Assembly: GCA_044236265.1 (NCBI GenBank)
Contig: JBIIGV010000010.1
Coordinates: forward strand, 1 to 42,670
Reading direction: 5' to 3'
Origin: Oligoflexales bacterium
GTDB taxonomy: Bacteria; Bdellovibrionota_B; Oligoflexia; Oligoflexales; RGVZ01
DNA length: 42,670 nucleotides
The notes under the pieces were generated by a model, which was not told the DNA's origin, did not search any database, and saw nothing but the letters and a program-made list of their open reading frames with translations. How positions within the stretch are numbered: position 1 is the stretch's first letter; each line of letters begins with the position of its first letter. This document shows positions 9,626 through 20,800 of the stretch, piece by piece. The position numbers and the translations under genes were made by a program.

Positions 9626-10531
9626 CTATAGAATCCAGTAAAACGCAAAATCAGCGGCTGGCAACCAACCAGCCGCTTTTATTGTCTCGCCATCAAGATC
9701 ACGTCCGCTAAAAATCGCGTATTGGGGGCCTCCTCCGATGCGCAGGTGAAAGCCATCTGCAGTCCACTCTTGTGCCAGCGTCATTCGAATGGAGAATGTT
9801 TCAAGGGCCTCGAGTTTAGTCCTCTCAAAGCGAGTGCTCAGCAAAATCTTGTCAAGATCGTTGCGCTCCCATTCTGCGCTGATTTGGAAGCGATCTTCTG
9901 TAAATCCAGCCAAAGATTGGGTCTGCATGGTTCTGTTGGCGAAAGAATGGCTGTCGCCCGACTCTCCAGAGCCATATTTTGCTTCCCGAAGTTTATTTTT
10001 GCCATAGTCACTGAGGACGGCCTCGCTATTGCCAAACGCGGATGCCCAAAAGCTATGAATCATCAAACGGGGTGAAATGCGATTGCTCCAGGATACCGAA
10101 GGGCGCGTAATGTTAGCGCTGAGTTTGGAAAATCTTTGACTCGTATCTCCAAGCCAGATGTTTTTTCTCGAGACACTGACGTGCTTGATGCCAATAGCCC
10201 AATCATCTTCTCCAAATCTTGGGAGTTGCCATTTTACCTGTACGGTTCTCGCGCCAAGGGCTAGGGCCGCCGGATCTGCGCCGACCATCAGCCCGTATCC
10301 CACGCCGGCCTCGATTACTGAGCCAATAGCAAAACGACCCTGATTCAGAACAGATGCCGTCCATTCATCTGGTAGCCCTTGCTTTAAATCCTGATCTTGA
10401 GGTTTCAGCAGTGGCATTTGAACCGGTGCTAACGTTTGTGTGGAACTGTCCTCGGCTCGCGCAGACTGAGCAACCAGCAATAGAAAAAAAATTTGCCCGA
10501 TGATCCTGCAAATGCTTCCGGGTACGGACAT
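9626..10531 (-). CDS. Secreted, likely outer-membrane beta-barrel protein
   Basis: Signal peptide ending SARA-E from the ATG at 10531 (the ORF extends to 10609); amphipathic strands and aromatic C-terminus DFAFYWIL. Confidence 0.7.
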   Translation of the reverse strand: MSVPGSICRIIGQIFFLLLVAQSARAEDSSTQTLAPVQMPLLKPQDQDLKQGLPDEWTASVLNQGRFAIGSVIEAGVGYGLMVGADPAALALGARTVQVKWQLPRFGEDDWAIGIKHVSVSRKNIWLGDTSQRFSKLSANITRPSVSWSNRISPRLMIHSFWASAFGNSEAVLSDYGKNKLREAKYGSGESGDSHSFANRTMQTQSLAGFTEDRFQISAEWERNDLDKILLSTRFERTKLEALETFSIRMTLAQEWTADGFHLRIGGGPQYAIFSGRDLDGETIKAAGWLPAADFAFYWIL

Positions 10532-10758
10532 AATCGCCAAGAAGTCTTTAAGTTCTTTTGGAGTCATTTTTATCTTTTGCATCATCTTGTTCTTCATTTG
10601 TGGTGTCATTGCGCTGAAATAACCGGCTGTAACTATCTAAAAGTAGTGGAATTTTAGCATATATTTAAAAAAAGCCTCAAGTTTTCTTCAGTTTCCGAGA
10701 TGAAATGCCGAAAAGCTCGATGATTAGTGGGGGCAGGCCCACATTTAGAGGAGTCGTT

Positions 10759-10965
10759 ATGAAAAAGTTTACCCTAATTGTTAGCCTTATGGCTGCCACA
10801 TTGCTTGCGCAGGGTTGCGTGTCGACCAAAGGTAGAAAAGTAACAAAAAACAAACTAAAAATTCCCAAACAGACCCACAGCTATGCTCTGATGGAAGATG
10901 AATCGCTGTCTGACCCCGAAGTGGTTCGTCGTGGCAATAAAGTTCGTGGCACGAACGAATACTAA
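10759..10965 (+). CDS. Small lipoprotein
   Basis: RBS GAGGAG; MKKFTLIVSLMAATLLAQG-C lipobox; preceded by sigma28-like TCAGT-N15-CCGAAA (10688-10713). Confidence 0.7.
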   Translation: MKKFTLIVSLMAATLLAQGCVSTKGRKVTKNKLKIPKQTHSYALMEDESLSDPEVVRRGNKVRGTNEY

Positions 10966-11087
10966 GTCCATCGGCGGAAAGGTCGTTGCTTATTGACAGT
11001 TTAACTCCTTAAAAAAACTTAGCCTTAAATCAGTTTCTATTCACTTCATTGGCTTTTTTCCGATCGGGATCCTCGGGGGGAAGGCCA

Positions 11088-11710
11088 ATGAAGATTTTTT
11101 GCAATCTACCCATCCTATGGTTTTCAGGTGGTGCTGTTGATTCCGACCAAGACAGTCGCATCAAGCCGAAAAGCACAAATTCCTCGACAACTGATTCGAG
11201 TGTCGACAGTCGCTCCGACGGTTCAGCGAGCGATCGTGACTTTGTCGCGCGGGATATGGGAGATGTTTTACAACTTGCGCCGAGCTCAAGCACCTCTCCA
11301 TCAAGTGAAAATAAAAGTGTGGGTCAAACTAACCCAGCTATCATTGCGTGGCCAACAATCAACTGGAAAAGAAGTTTGCCCATAGGAAGTTGTGATGACA
11401 GCGGACTCCTGATGGCAGATTGATTCATTTTGCAGGCATTGAAGCCCTGGTTGGGCAAGCCTTACCGAATATCTGGCACGGGTGGCAACGGGGTGCTTGG
11501 TTTGTGGCGCGATCGGCAGACGCCAAATTTAAGTTATATCACATTGCTCCAGATGGTGACGAAGGTGCGATGGTGGCTGTTCGGACCATGATTCAGTTGC
11601 CATTCCCCTCAGAACCATTCGCCATCTATGCGGGCGGATTTGACGCCACTCATGTGGAAAACGTCAATCATAATACCGCGTGGCTTTATCGCGGCGAATT
11701 TGCAAAATAA
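11088..11710 (+). pseudogene. Probable frameshifted hypothetical gene (two overlapping ORFs)
   Basis: A Ser-rich ORF ending at 11423 overlaps a second ORF (11420-11710) that has only a TTG start and no RBS; they read like one gene split near 11420. Confidence 0.35.
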
Positions 11711-11824
11711 GTTTTTTAGCGATCCGCACTTTCAGACAACGACTTCCCAGGTTCGTCCTGTATGAAGCTAGCAGTCTATGTTTAACGCATGGACCTGCGA
11801 GTTTAAATCATACAGGAGTCTTCA

Positions 11825-13141
11825 ATGAAAACATGTTTAACAAAATGGAAGCGCGTTGTGTACGTTGTGATTTCCTTGTCCTTGATTGGCTGTGACTCGT
11901 CACCGGCATCAAGGTCTAAACGTCTTGTGGCAAACGATGAATTTGCACAGGTTAGAGATCTTACCCATGATGACTTTGCAAGAAAGGCGATTGCTGCGCA
12001 AACAGAAATCGAGTCAGGACGCGCGCCTGGCGCTTGCACGGCGCTGCTTTTATCAGAGGGCAAAGATGTCTACGTTCAAGAATCGGTGACAGCCGATGAT
12101 TCCCATGTTCTGGATGCTGTGTGTTCACTCGACGACATGCAGATGGCAAATCTATTGAAGGAGTCACGTCATTCCAACCGAACCTCGAATCACAACATGA
12201 GCCTTCTTGCCGACACATTGACTCAGCACGGCAAGATCAAAGGCGATCTTCGCTACAATGATTCGAATATCAATGAGTACTCAGATGATTTTGCAAAACA
12301 GGATGCTTTGATCATCAGAAAAGTTTACTGCTCTGAACGTAGCGCGGAGTCTTTTAAGGCGACGGCAAGCGAGTCGTTTAAGAGTATTGTCTCTCCACTG
12401 ACTTTGGAAAAGTTTAATACGTGCGTTCGGGCAAAATCCTACGGCCTGTACTGTGATGCATCCGTGTCTGGAGATAAGGTTATGATGACCGTCAAGTGGG
12501 AGCCAATGGATCTAGTGCGGGATATATTGCCTGCAGTTGCCCTTGATTGGGGTGCTGCTAGCAATTTTCAAGCAACAGCGGAGTTACCAAAAGTGCTCGG
12601 CATCGGCAGTGGTTACACGGTGTCGTTCACCAAGCATGACTCTCAGTCTGGTAACGTCGTCGGAGTCAGCGCCCATGACCGAGGTCGTAATTTCAACTTT
12701 TCCTGTCGCCTTGACCTCGAAAAAAGAAAGCCTTTTACGCCATGGGTTAAAACGAGACGGCCTGAGTGCGGCGTAGAACTTGCAAAATCAGGTGAGGGTA
12801 TTGAGTGTGGGGCGAAAAGCTATAAGAGATTACGCAGTGCGGTTTGCGGCGTTGAGTCGTTTAAGGTGGCGCGCAGTCGGGCTTGTGGCGTGGAACGCTA
12901 TAAGTCACGTCATGACTGCGATCTATGCGGCCAGTCAAATTTGTTTGGCGGGTGTAACAAATGTGCGCACGTGTCATTTGGCGTGGACGAATACCGCGAG
13001 TGCAGTGACCAAAGCCATGGCGTCGCTTTGTATTCAGAGTGTGAACATCCAACACATGGACCAGAGACCTTTTACTCATGCCGCCACGTCAACTTTGGCG
13101 TTGAGCTGTACCGCGAGTGTGAGGACACCAGCGAGCGTTAG
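11825..13141 (+). CDS. Lipoprotein with C-terminal 13-aa Cys-rich repeats
   Basis: RBS AGGAG; lipobox LIG-C; repeats of the form (C/F/H)GVExYxxC near the C-terminus. Confidence 0.8.
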   Translation: MKTCLTKWKRVVYVVISLSLIGCDSSPASRSKRLVANDEFAQVRDLTHDDFARKAIAAQTEIESGRAPGACTALLLSEGKDVYVQESVTADDSHVLDAVCSLDDMQMANLLKESRHSNRTSNHNMSLLADTLTQHGKIKGDLRYNDSNINEYSDDFAKQDALIIRKVYCSERSAESFKATASESFKSIVSPLTLEKFNTCVRAKSYGLYCDASVSGDKVMMTVKWEPMDLVRDILPAVALDWGAASNFQATAELPKVLGIGSGYTVSFTKHDSQSGNVVGVSAHDRGRNFNFSCRLDLEKRKPFTPWVKTRRPECGVELAKSGEGIECGAKSYKRLRSAVCGVESFKVARSRACGVERYKSRHDCDLCGQSNLFGGCNKCAHVSFGVDEYRECSDQSHGVALYSECEHPTHGPETFYSCRHVNFGVELYRECEDTSER

Positions 13142-13144
13142 GTT

Positions 13145-14410
13145 TCAACCAATGTGGGTCATGCCGCCGAGATAGGGCTGCAGGCACTTAGGGATGGCGA
13201 CTCGGCCATCCTTTTGCTGATGGACCTCAAGAAGCGAAATTAAAACGCGAGGGCTGGCGATCGCTGTGTTGTTTAACGTGTGACAGACCTTGACCTGCCC
13301 GTCCTTGCCTTTGTAACGCAGCTTTAAGCGTCTAGCCTGGAATTCGTGGAAGGTGGAACAGGAGTGTGTTTCGCCGTAGTTACCGCGAGACGGCATCCAG
13401 GTCTCAATGTCGTGCTTTCTGACCTGACCTTGTCCGAGGTCTCCCGTGCAAACATAAACGACGCGGTAAGGAAGGCCGAAGTCCTGCAAACACTCCTCAG
13501 CGTTGGTCAAAAGCTCGTTGTGATAGCTCTCCGAGATGGCCTCGTCGGCCTGACCGATGATGACTTGCTCGATTTTTTGGAACTGGTGAACGCGGTAGAG
13601 GCCAGAGGTGTCCTTGCCGTAAGTTCCGGCTTCACGCCGGAAACATCCACTCCATGCCATCATTTTTACGGGTAGTTTTTCTTCGGGAAGGATTTCTCCA
13701 GCGTAAAAACTTGTGAGTGGAACTTCCGCTGTGCCGACAAGTGCCATCTCATCTTTTTCAACGTAGTAGGCTTGTTCGCGTCCAGTTGGAAAATACCCGG
13801 TTCCCACCATGCAGTCTTCCCGGACTAATACCGGGATGCTCATGGGCTGGTAGCCTTTTTTGATGAGTTTGTCATAAACGTATCGCAGCACCGCTTGCTC
13901 AAGCTGCGCACCGAGTCCGGTTAGGACATAGCTTCGTGAACCTGCGATCCGCACGCCGCGCTCGAAGTCAACGAGACCGTGCTTTTGGCCAATAGTAACG
14001 TGGTCCAGAGGTTTGAAATCAAATTGTGGTGGCGTGCCCCACTTCTTCAGCTCAACGTTCTCGGAGTCGTCTTTGCCGATCGGAACATCCGCACGCGCTG
14101 GCTGGGGAACAAGTAACATCATGGCATCAAACTCAGCTTTTTTCAGGTTCAGCTCAGCCTCAATGGTTTCCATTTTTGACTTTATGGCCTGGACTTCTGT
14201 CTTCATGGCGTCGCGTTGGTCTGGGCTTGCTTTGCCAATTTCTTTTGAGAGGCGGTTACGGGAGCTTTGTAGTTCTTCCCATTGTGTTTGCAGTGGGCGC
14301 ACCGTGCCGTCAAGTTTGAGTAGGGCGTCAATATCGATATTGTTGCGCTTATCGCGCGCTCCCTTTTTAACAAGGTCAGCATTGTCTCGGATATATTTGA
14401 TGTCCAGCAT
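13145..14410 (-). CDS. serS: Serine--tRNA ligase
   Basis: MLDIKYIRDN, GTAEVPL, CFRREAGTYGKDTSGLYRVHQFQKIEQ, ETHSCS, HTLNNTAIASPR. Confidence 0.98.
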   Translation of the reverse strand: MLDIKYIRDNADLVKKGARDKRNNIDIDALLKLDGTVRPLQTQWEELQSSRNRLSKEIGKASPDQRDAMKTEVQAIKSKMETIEAELNLKKAEFDAMMLLVPQPARADVPIGKDDSENVELKKWGTPPQFDFKPLDHVTIGQKHGLVDFERGVRIAGSRSYVLTGLGAQLEQAVLRYVYDKLIKKGYQPMSIPVLVREDCMVGTGYFPTGREQAYYVEKDEMALVGTAEVPLTSFYAGEILPEEKLPVKMMAWSGCFRREAGTYGKDTSGLYRVHQFQKIEQVIIGQADEAISESYHNELLTNAEECLQDFGLPYRVVYVCTGDLGQGQVRKHDIETWMPSRGNYGETHSCSTFHEFQARRLKLRYKGKDGQVKVCHTLNNTAIASPRVLISLLEVHQQKDGRVAIPKCLQPYLGGMTHIG

Positions 14411-14502
14411 GGCGTAGGGTTCCCAAAAGAGTAAGACGGTGCGTTCAGTAGTCGATGATTGTAATAAAATCGCAGGTTTGGCGCAATCCCTTCAAAGTTG
14501 CA

Positions 14503-14573
14503 AATTTGGGGACACACGACCAAACCCAAATCAAACCGTAGGCAATTCGGGTTTGGTCGTGTGTCCCCAAATT
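14503..14573. repeat. Perfect 25-bp inverted repeat (REP/MITE-like hairpin)
   Basis: AATTTGGGGACACACGACCAAACCC (14503-14527) and its exact reverse complement (14549-14573), with a 21-nt spacer. Confidence 0.9.
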
Positions 14574-14651
14574 ATTAATAAAATAGGGTTTATTTTAATT
14601 GATTTTAAAGGTGGGGTTTGATAACTAGCGCCCCATAGGCGGAGACCTTTT

Positions 14652-15761
14652 TTGATGATCGCGAGCACCACAGAAAACGTGTTTACGAAACGCTTGGGCT
14701 TACCTTATGCGCCCGTGATTCTCGCGCCTTTGGCGGGCGTGTCGGATCATCCGTTTCGCAGGGCCTGTGCACGACATGGTGCTGATCTTACTTACGTTGA
14801 AATGATCTCAGCGACGGCGATGGTTTACGAAAGTCGTCGCACGTTTGACATGCTTAAACGCCACGAGGAGGAAAAGATCCTTGGCGTTCAAATTACCGGG
14901 AAGTCAGCAGAGGAAGTGGGCCAGGCTGTGGCCATGCTCGACAAAATGCCGTTTGATACGATCGATATCAACATGGGCTGTCCCGTCAATAAGGTTGTCA
15001 AATCCGGTTGTGGCAGTGGAATTTTGAAGGATCCAAAGCGCGTTTACGAAACGACGAAAGCTGCCCGGGCTGCAACCTCCAAGCCTTTATCTGTCAAAAT
15101 TCGCCTGGGCTGGGACCGCAATACGGTGACCTGGCCGGAAGTACTCGATGCCGCAGAGCAAGGTGGAGCTGAGTGGATTACGATCCACGGGCGCCTGCGC
15201 AGTGACGATTACGGCGTTGCCGTTAACCTTGACGCTATGGCTGCCCTTAAGCAACGCGCCAAGATCCCCGTGATTGGAAATGGCAATGTTTTCTCTCGCG
15301 ACGACGCACTTTATATGCGCGAACGAACGGGCGTCGACGGCGTCATGGTGAGTCGCGGCGCCTTAGGAAACCCTTGGGTATTTCATGACATCAAGCATGG
15401 CAAAACCGATGTCAGCGTTGATCAGTGGGAACAGCTCGTACTGGATCACCTTGCCTGGCAACAGAGTGAGTACGGAGACACCGGCTCAGGGGCTGTTTGC
15501 ATGCGCAAGCACCTTCTTTGGTACGCCAAAGGATGGCCAGCGGCAAAAAAGCTTCGAGAATCTATAAGCCACACAGCTCGTATTTCAGATTGCGCAGACT
15601 TGGTCCGCGAGTACGCCGCGGAGCTGCGAACAGCGGGCATTGAAATTAGATCGACCGTTTGGCCTATGGATCTGGAGAATCGCTTTCAGTGGGATCCGAA
15701 ATATGATATGGACCGCCAACTTGACCGAGGCGTTGGGGATGATGGCCTACAAGGAGTTTAG
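14652..15761 (+). CDS. dusB: tRNA-dihydrouridine synthase, DusB type
   Basis: LAPLAGVSDHPFR, IDINMGCPVNKV, SVKIRLGWD, TIHGR, IPVIGNGNV, GVMVSRGALGNPW, MRKHLLWY. Confidence 0.93.
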   Translation: MMIASTTENVFTKRLGLPYAPVILAPLAGVSDHPFRRACARHGADLTYVEMISATAMVYESRRTFDMLKRHEEEKILGVQITGKSAEEVGQAVAMLDKMPFDTIDINMGCPVNKVVKSGCGSGILKDPKRVYETTKAARAATSKPLSVKIRLGWDRNTVTWPEVLDAAEQGGAEWITIHGRLRSDDYGVAVNLDAMAALKQRAKIPVIGNGNVFSRDDALYMRERTGVDGVMVSRGALGNPWVFHDIKHGKTDVSVDQWEQLVLDHLAWQQSEYGDTGSGAVCMRKHLLWYAKGWPAAKKLRESISHTARISDCADLVREYAAELRTAGIEIRSTVWPMDLENRFQWDPKYDMDRQLDRGVGDDGLQGV

Positions 15762-15921
15762 AGTTGTTACCAGTTGTGCCAATTCGTCGTTTTATTTGTG
15801 CTGATGTTCTTTGTATGTGTTGAAAAGGTTCGCTTGATTCTTGTAATTAAAGAGGGATTCTAACCTGCTTTTGATGAAGACAAAGCAGGGTGGTCATAAA
15901 ACGAATATGGGAGGGTTGAAA

Positions 15922-16857
15922 ATGAGAAAGGGTTTACTTGCAGGGCTAGGGTTTATGTTTCTTGCCACCGGCGCGATGGCAGAGGACGTCAAAAGCACAA
16001 AGAAAGCTGCGATTTTGACTCCGCTCGAAAATATGTACGGGCGCGTTGAAGCTCGTCACACAAGCTTAGAATGGCTTGATGCAGACAAGAATTCTGCAAA
16101 TCAGGTGACTGGTTACAGTCTTCACCCGCGCCTCGGAACGAAGATGTTTAACAACCGCCTTGATACTTATGTTGAAACGCCTCTTTCCAGTTCAGCCCGC
16201 TCCAGCAACTTTAGCCAAAAGCAAAGCGTCTGGGTCTCCACATTCAACGCCTTCGAATCCGAGCACTTCACAGTGATCCCATACCATGAAAGTAAACTGG
16301 CGCACGAAAACAACCCATTCAGCACAATCGTTGCATTGAATTTGGACGCTTTCACAAGCCTAAAGTCCTCTATCGGTGAGTTTACAGTTCATGGTGGTCT
16401 TGAGCCAAGGTTCAACACCGGAACCCGTGAAACGATGACCAGTCGCGTTAATCGCGATCCTGGCAAGACTTATTCTCTGGTAACTAAGAAAGACGATGGT
16501 TCTGCTGAAGTCAAACAACAAGAGCCAGACTCGACGCTTGAATACATCGCCGGCGTTGCATACGTCCCATCATTCGCACCAAAGTTCCGCTTGTCGACAG
16601 ACACCTATTTCGATCGCGTGTATCATCCAGTTTATAATGCGGTATCGGACGAAAAGGGCGAGCGCCTTGAGAAGTCTGGCTATGCTTTGGAAGACTCAAC
16701 AATGACAGACGTCATATTGAGCTACCAGGCAGATTCATTGACTACGATTCAAAACCGTACTCTGGTCTTCCACGAAGGTCTTTATGCAGCTAACTACAAA
16801 GGTAAAGCTACACCAAGAATCCAGAATCGCTTGTCTCTGATCTACAAGTTGTTCTAA
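15922..16857 (+). CDS. Outer-membrane beta-barrel protein
   Basis: Signal peptide (GAMA-E), RBS GGAGG, alternating strands and C-terminal LSLIYKLF beta-signal. Confidence 0.75.
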   Translation: MRKGLLAGLGFMFLATGAMAEDVKSTKKAAILTPLENMYGRVEARHTSLEWLDADKNSANQVTGYSLHPRLGTKMFNNRLDTYVETPLSSSARSSNFSQKQSVWVSTFNAFESEHFTVIPYHESKLAHENNPFSTIVALNLDAFTSLKSSIGEFTVHGGLEPRFNTGTRETMTSRVNRDPGKTYSLVTKKDDGSAEVKQQEPDSTLEYIAGVAYVPSFAPKFRLSTDTYFDRVYHPVYNAVSDEKGERLEKSGYALEDSTMTDVILSYQADSLTTIQNRTLVFHEGLYAANYKGKATPRIQNRLSLIYKLF

Positions 16858-16890
16858 GAGTGATCTGAGACCAGAATTCCCGTATTCAAT

Positions 16891-16941
16891 AAAAGCACCT
16901 CTGCCTACACTTATAATGTACCGCAGGGGTGTTTTGTTTTT
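16891..16941 (+). terminator. Intrinsic terminator
   Basis: AAAAGCACCTCTGC/GCAGGGGTGTTTT stem followed by a T tract. Confidence 0.6.
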
Positions 16942-17183
16942 ATTTCCGTAGCAACAAGCATGCTTTCTTCATCAATCGTTTTGTTCGTTGAACTTACATG
17001 TAAATTGAAACACCCTAATAGCTTTGAAGTAATCTAGATTTTTTATGTTTTATTGTCCGAAAGCTAATGGGAGCAACGGGGCAAATCGATTCGTCTTAGG
17101 GTATAATATGGCTTAGATCGTGCCATTGATTCATCATGTTACAATGGTTGAGCCTAGGTAAATTTTATCGGTGAGGATGCCAC

Positions 17184-17804
17184 ATGAAATGCGCACCTGT
17201 TTTATTTCTAGTTTCAACGGCTCTAGTGGCTGGATGTAAGTCTCGCGGAAATATGTCTCCAACCACGCCCGAAGCCGTCGCTGTGAAGCCAGATGAGACG
17301 GCGCTAACCACTGCGACTCCGTCCATTCCTGGCCAAGCGCAGCCTGCCGCAAGCGTTGATGCTTCAACTACGGCAAACGCCGCAGATCCTCAAACCGAGA
17401 CACCGTCAAAAGCTGGCGATGCAGCGGCATCAGACGACAACGCAGTGCCCCCCGCTGGAAGCCCAGTGGCCGGAATTGAAATTTGGCAAGATGGCGCTAT
17501 CGTCACCACCGTCTCAACGGGCAAGATGATTCAGTTCAGACCCACATCATGGACACGCGACACAAGTGCTACATCAGGCTGTGACGTCAATCGCGGTATT
17601 TTGCAGGCATCATGGACGATTGGGTCGCGCGCTGCTGCTGACATTCAGCGATTCGCAGGTCAAGAGTGTCGACTCTTCGATTATGCCGGGACATTCACCA
17701 AAGCTGGTAACGTCACTGTTCAGCTAGACGTTGTTTCCGCTGATGGTGAGCAAGCTCATGCGGAAATGGTGATATCTGTTGTTGGCGCTTCGACAGCAGA
17801 ATAA
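17184..17804 (+). CDS. Lipoprotein with Ala/Pro/Thr linker and C-terminal Ig/PKD-like domain
   Basis: RBS GAGG; lipobox LVAG-C; FTKAGNVTVQLDVVSADG resembles the PKD-type terminal strands. Confidence 0.75.
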   Translation: MKCAPVLFLVSTALVAGCKSRGNMSPTTPEAVAVKPDETALTTATPSIPGQAQPAASVDASTTANAADPQTETPSKAGDAAASDDNAVPPAGSPVAGIEIWQDGAIVTTVSTGKMIQFRPTSWTRDTSATSGCDVNRGILQASWTIGSRAAADIQRFAGQECRLFDYAGTFTKAGNVTVQLDVVSADGEQAHAEMVISVVGASTAE

Positions 17805-17819
17805 TTTCCCCGTTCAGAC

Positions 17820-20800
17820 TTAGCAAATGTCGACCATATGGGCGTGGCTTGTGAAAACAATGACGCCACGCGCTTTCGTGTTTCCCATGGCTTTTGATGC
17901 GATGAAGCAGTACTGCTCAACCTGATGGGAGTAGCCTAATTTGTCGCAAAGACTTCTTAATTTCTGATCTTCAATGCCCTGAGACCTTAAAGCCAAAGTT
18001 TTAAAATCGACCACTGTGATTGATTGGTCGGTATGAATCAAAATCAAGTCGGCCTTGGCGTTAACCAGATTATCTCCAGAAATTCCTGCCATGGGTGCCT
18101 CACAGATCATCTTTTCAACTGACTTTGTAAGGTGTTTCCAAGTCTCCGAGTTGATGAGATTTCGGACCTCTTTCTTTGCAAGCTTTAAAAAATCTGCAAA
18201 GCTGATTTCAGAATCCTTAAAAGCCCCATCTAGAACTAATCGCTCTAGCCTCGTATCAGACCATTCTGAATTGAGGCAATGATTTTCAATCAGTTTATGT
18301 ACCAACGTTCCGTAAACTTTCCCTAACTCTGGGGAAAACAACTGCTCACCCAATACCTCACTAAGAGTCGATTCCCCATGGGACGCTTGTTTGGTTTCCT
18401 TTGTGCCGTGAGCCGACGGCGATAGAATTAGCAGAGGCGGTCGACCAGATGGTTGTAACAGTGGTTGTTTGACGGTGGTCAACTTAGCCTCTTGTGTTTG
18501 GCTGGACGATCTCTCAATGACGGCCTCACCGCGCACACGCAACGTTCCACCAGAGAGGGTTAAACGCGTAGTGACATCGCTGAGTGTCTGTGCCGCTAAG
18601 CCCACCTTGTCATAGTAGGATTCTGGAATTGGTTTTTTGGATGGAGCTCCGGTTAAGACCAGGTGGCTCGAGGCACGCGTGAGGGCAACGTAGAGTAGGC
18701 GCGCTTTTTCCTCTCGCGATTCGATTTCGTTAAGCGTGAGCAGGTCTTCAATCTCTTTTGACCCGCGCGGTCTGGTCTTTTCCGTTCCGATATACCATAA
18801 GCCTGGTCGTCCGGGGCGACCATCCCGAATCCATCCAGTCTCAGGCTTATGCCAATCGCTGGCCAAGTCTGAAACGACGACACAGGGAAATTCAAGACCT
18901 TTACTTTTGTGAATAGTCATTAGTGATACGGCATTAGCCGCTAATGTGGCATTTCCCGTCTCATCCTCTTCTGCAGCATCGTCCATGGCTAAGCTTAAAG
19001 ATTGAGCGTCCAAGGCGTTATCGGCGGACTCAGAACGAACCATATCAAACCACTTTAAAATGTTGGCGCGCGCTAGTGAACCCTCAACTGCGCCGAAAGC
19101 CTGCTCATAGCGATCCAAGATTCGATGTTCTGATAAAAGATGACCAACAATGGAGGACATCCTTTCACGTTCATGGGCCTTGCGAAGCCCCATCAGGAGC
19201 GCGTATGTTTTTGGCTGAAGGCTCTGGAGTCGATCCATTAACCCCTCAGCATCTGGCGTTAGAAGTTCCATGAGCGCCTGATCAGAAAGACCGCAGATGG
19301 GCGAGCGCAGAAGCGAACATAAAGCCAAGGTGTCCGCAGACCAAGTTAGCCATGTCACAAGAGCTCTGAGATCAGCTATTTCAGGTCGCTCAAAAAAACC
19401 TTGCTTCTCTTCCTTCTGGCAAGGGATAGATCTCGCGCGCAGTGCATCTTCGAGCATGTGGGCATGGGTTTTCTTGGGGTAGAGAATGACGAAGTCTGAG
19501 AAATTTGGTGTTCTCCAAAGCTTGGCCTTATCGTCAAAGACTTTTAACCCCATCTGCCCCGAGGTTGCTTCGTGAATGTGATCAGCAATTTGTTGCGCCT
19601 GCTGTTCATAAGCAGCTTCGGTGGTCTCCGGCTTTTCGGTGTTGGTTTCTAGAGGGTAAATGCAGACACTGCCATAGACGCCAAGTCCATGAGATGAGGT
19701 TCGACGGATTTTAGCAGGGAGGTGCTGCGGGAAATCCTTGATCAATGTTTTATCCTCAAACACCGCGTTAACCATTTCTAGGACCAGTCCAGAGCTCCTG
19801 TAGCTTTCACTCATTTGAATCGCGGTGGCGCCAAGGGGTGTTAAACCATCCTTAGCTGCATCCATAAGCGACGGATCAGCCTCACGAAAGCGGTAAATAG
19901 ACTGTTTTTTATCACCAACAATGAACACACTGTTCGGCGGTGTCGCAGCGTCCTCCTGACCACCGGCCAACAGATCCTTTGCCAAACGCTCGAAGATCAT
20001 CCACTGCAATTGGCTCGTGTCCTGAAATTCATCCAGCATCAGGTGTTTTGTGTGCCCCCAGGCCATAGCTCTCGCGCCGACGCTGTCATGATCCGTAGCC
20101 ATGAGGCTGACACCTTTAGCTGCGTCAGAGAATGTGCCGCGGGATTCATCCACTTTAAGGCGATGTAGTGCGCGCTCTTTCGCATGGTAAAGACTCCACA
20201 GCAGGCGCGCAGAGTTATTGAGATCGGCTAGCATCGTCGACGCATTCCAGGCTTTCAACAGTCCAGATAATTCTTGGTAGGAGGGATTATCCTTGGCAGC
20301 CGCAGATCTAAAGGTTGTCCCACTGAGGCTGTCTTTTTTGGCAGTCACGATCTGACTGCCAATCAATCCACTCATATCGCAGCGGCCAAGATGCTCGAGG
20401 GCCTGCTGCCTTTTATCCGCGTTTGTGACAAGGTTTATCACGGTGCGAAATAGCTCTTTTTGAGCTGTGATGAACTGTTCGTCAGTCTGCACGTCCTGCG
20501 TCACAGCGTAATAGCGCGCTGGATCCTGGCCCGACGTCAAGGACACGGACCATAAAAACGTATCACAATTCATGATCGGTGCGATGGCCCGACGGAGCTG
20601 TTTGATGTTGCCACCTGGGGCATGCATGGCGATAGACTGCATCAGTTGACGATTCTCGTCATGATCGTCAGTCATCGCCAAGACTGAGTTCCAAGCCTTC
20701 TGTTCAAGTCGGTCTTCGGCCAATCCGGATAAAAGCTCCCATGGAGATTCAAGCGACATCGCAGTTCGATCGTCAGTGATCCGAAGAGCTGTTTCCAGAG

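Noticed and set aside
14503..14573. CRISPR repeat or terminator
   Set aside because: It is a single inverted pair with no repeat-spacer periodicity, and it lies between divergent gene starts.
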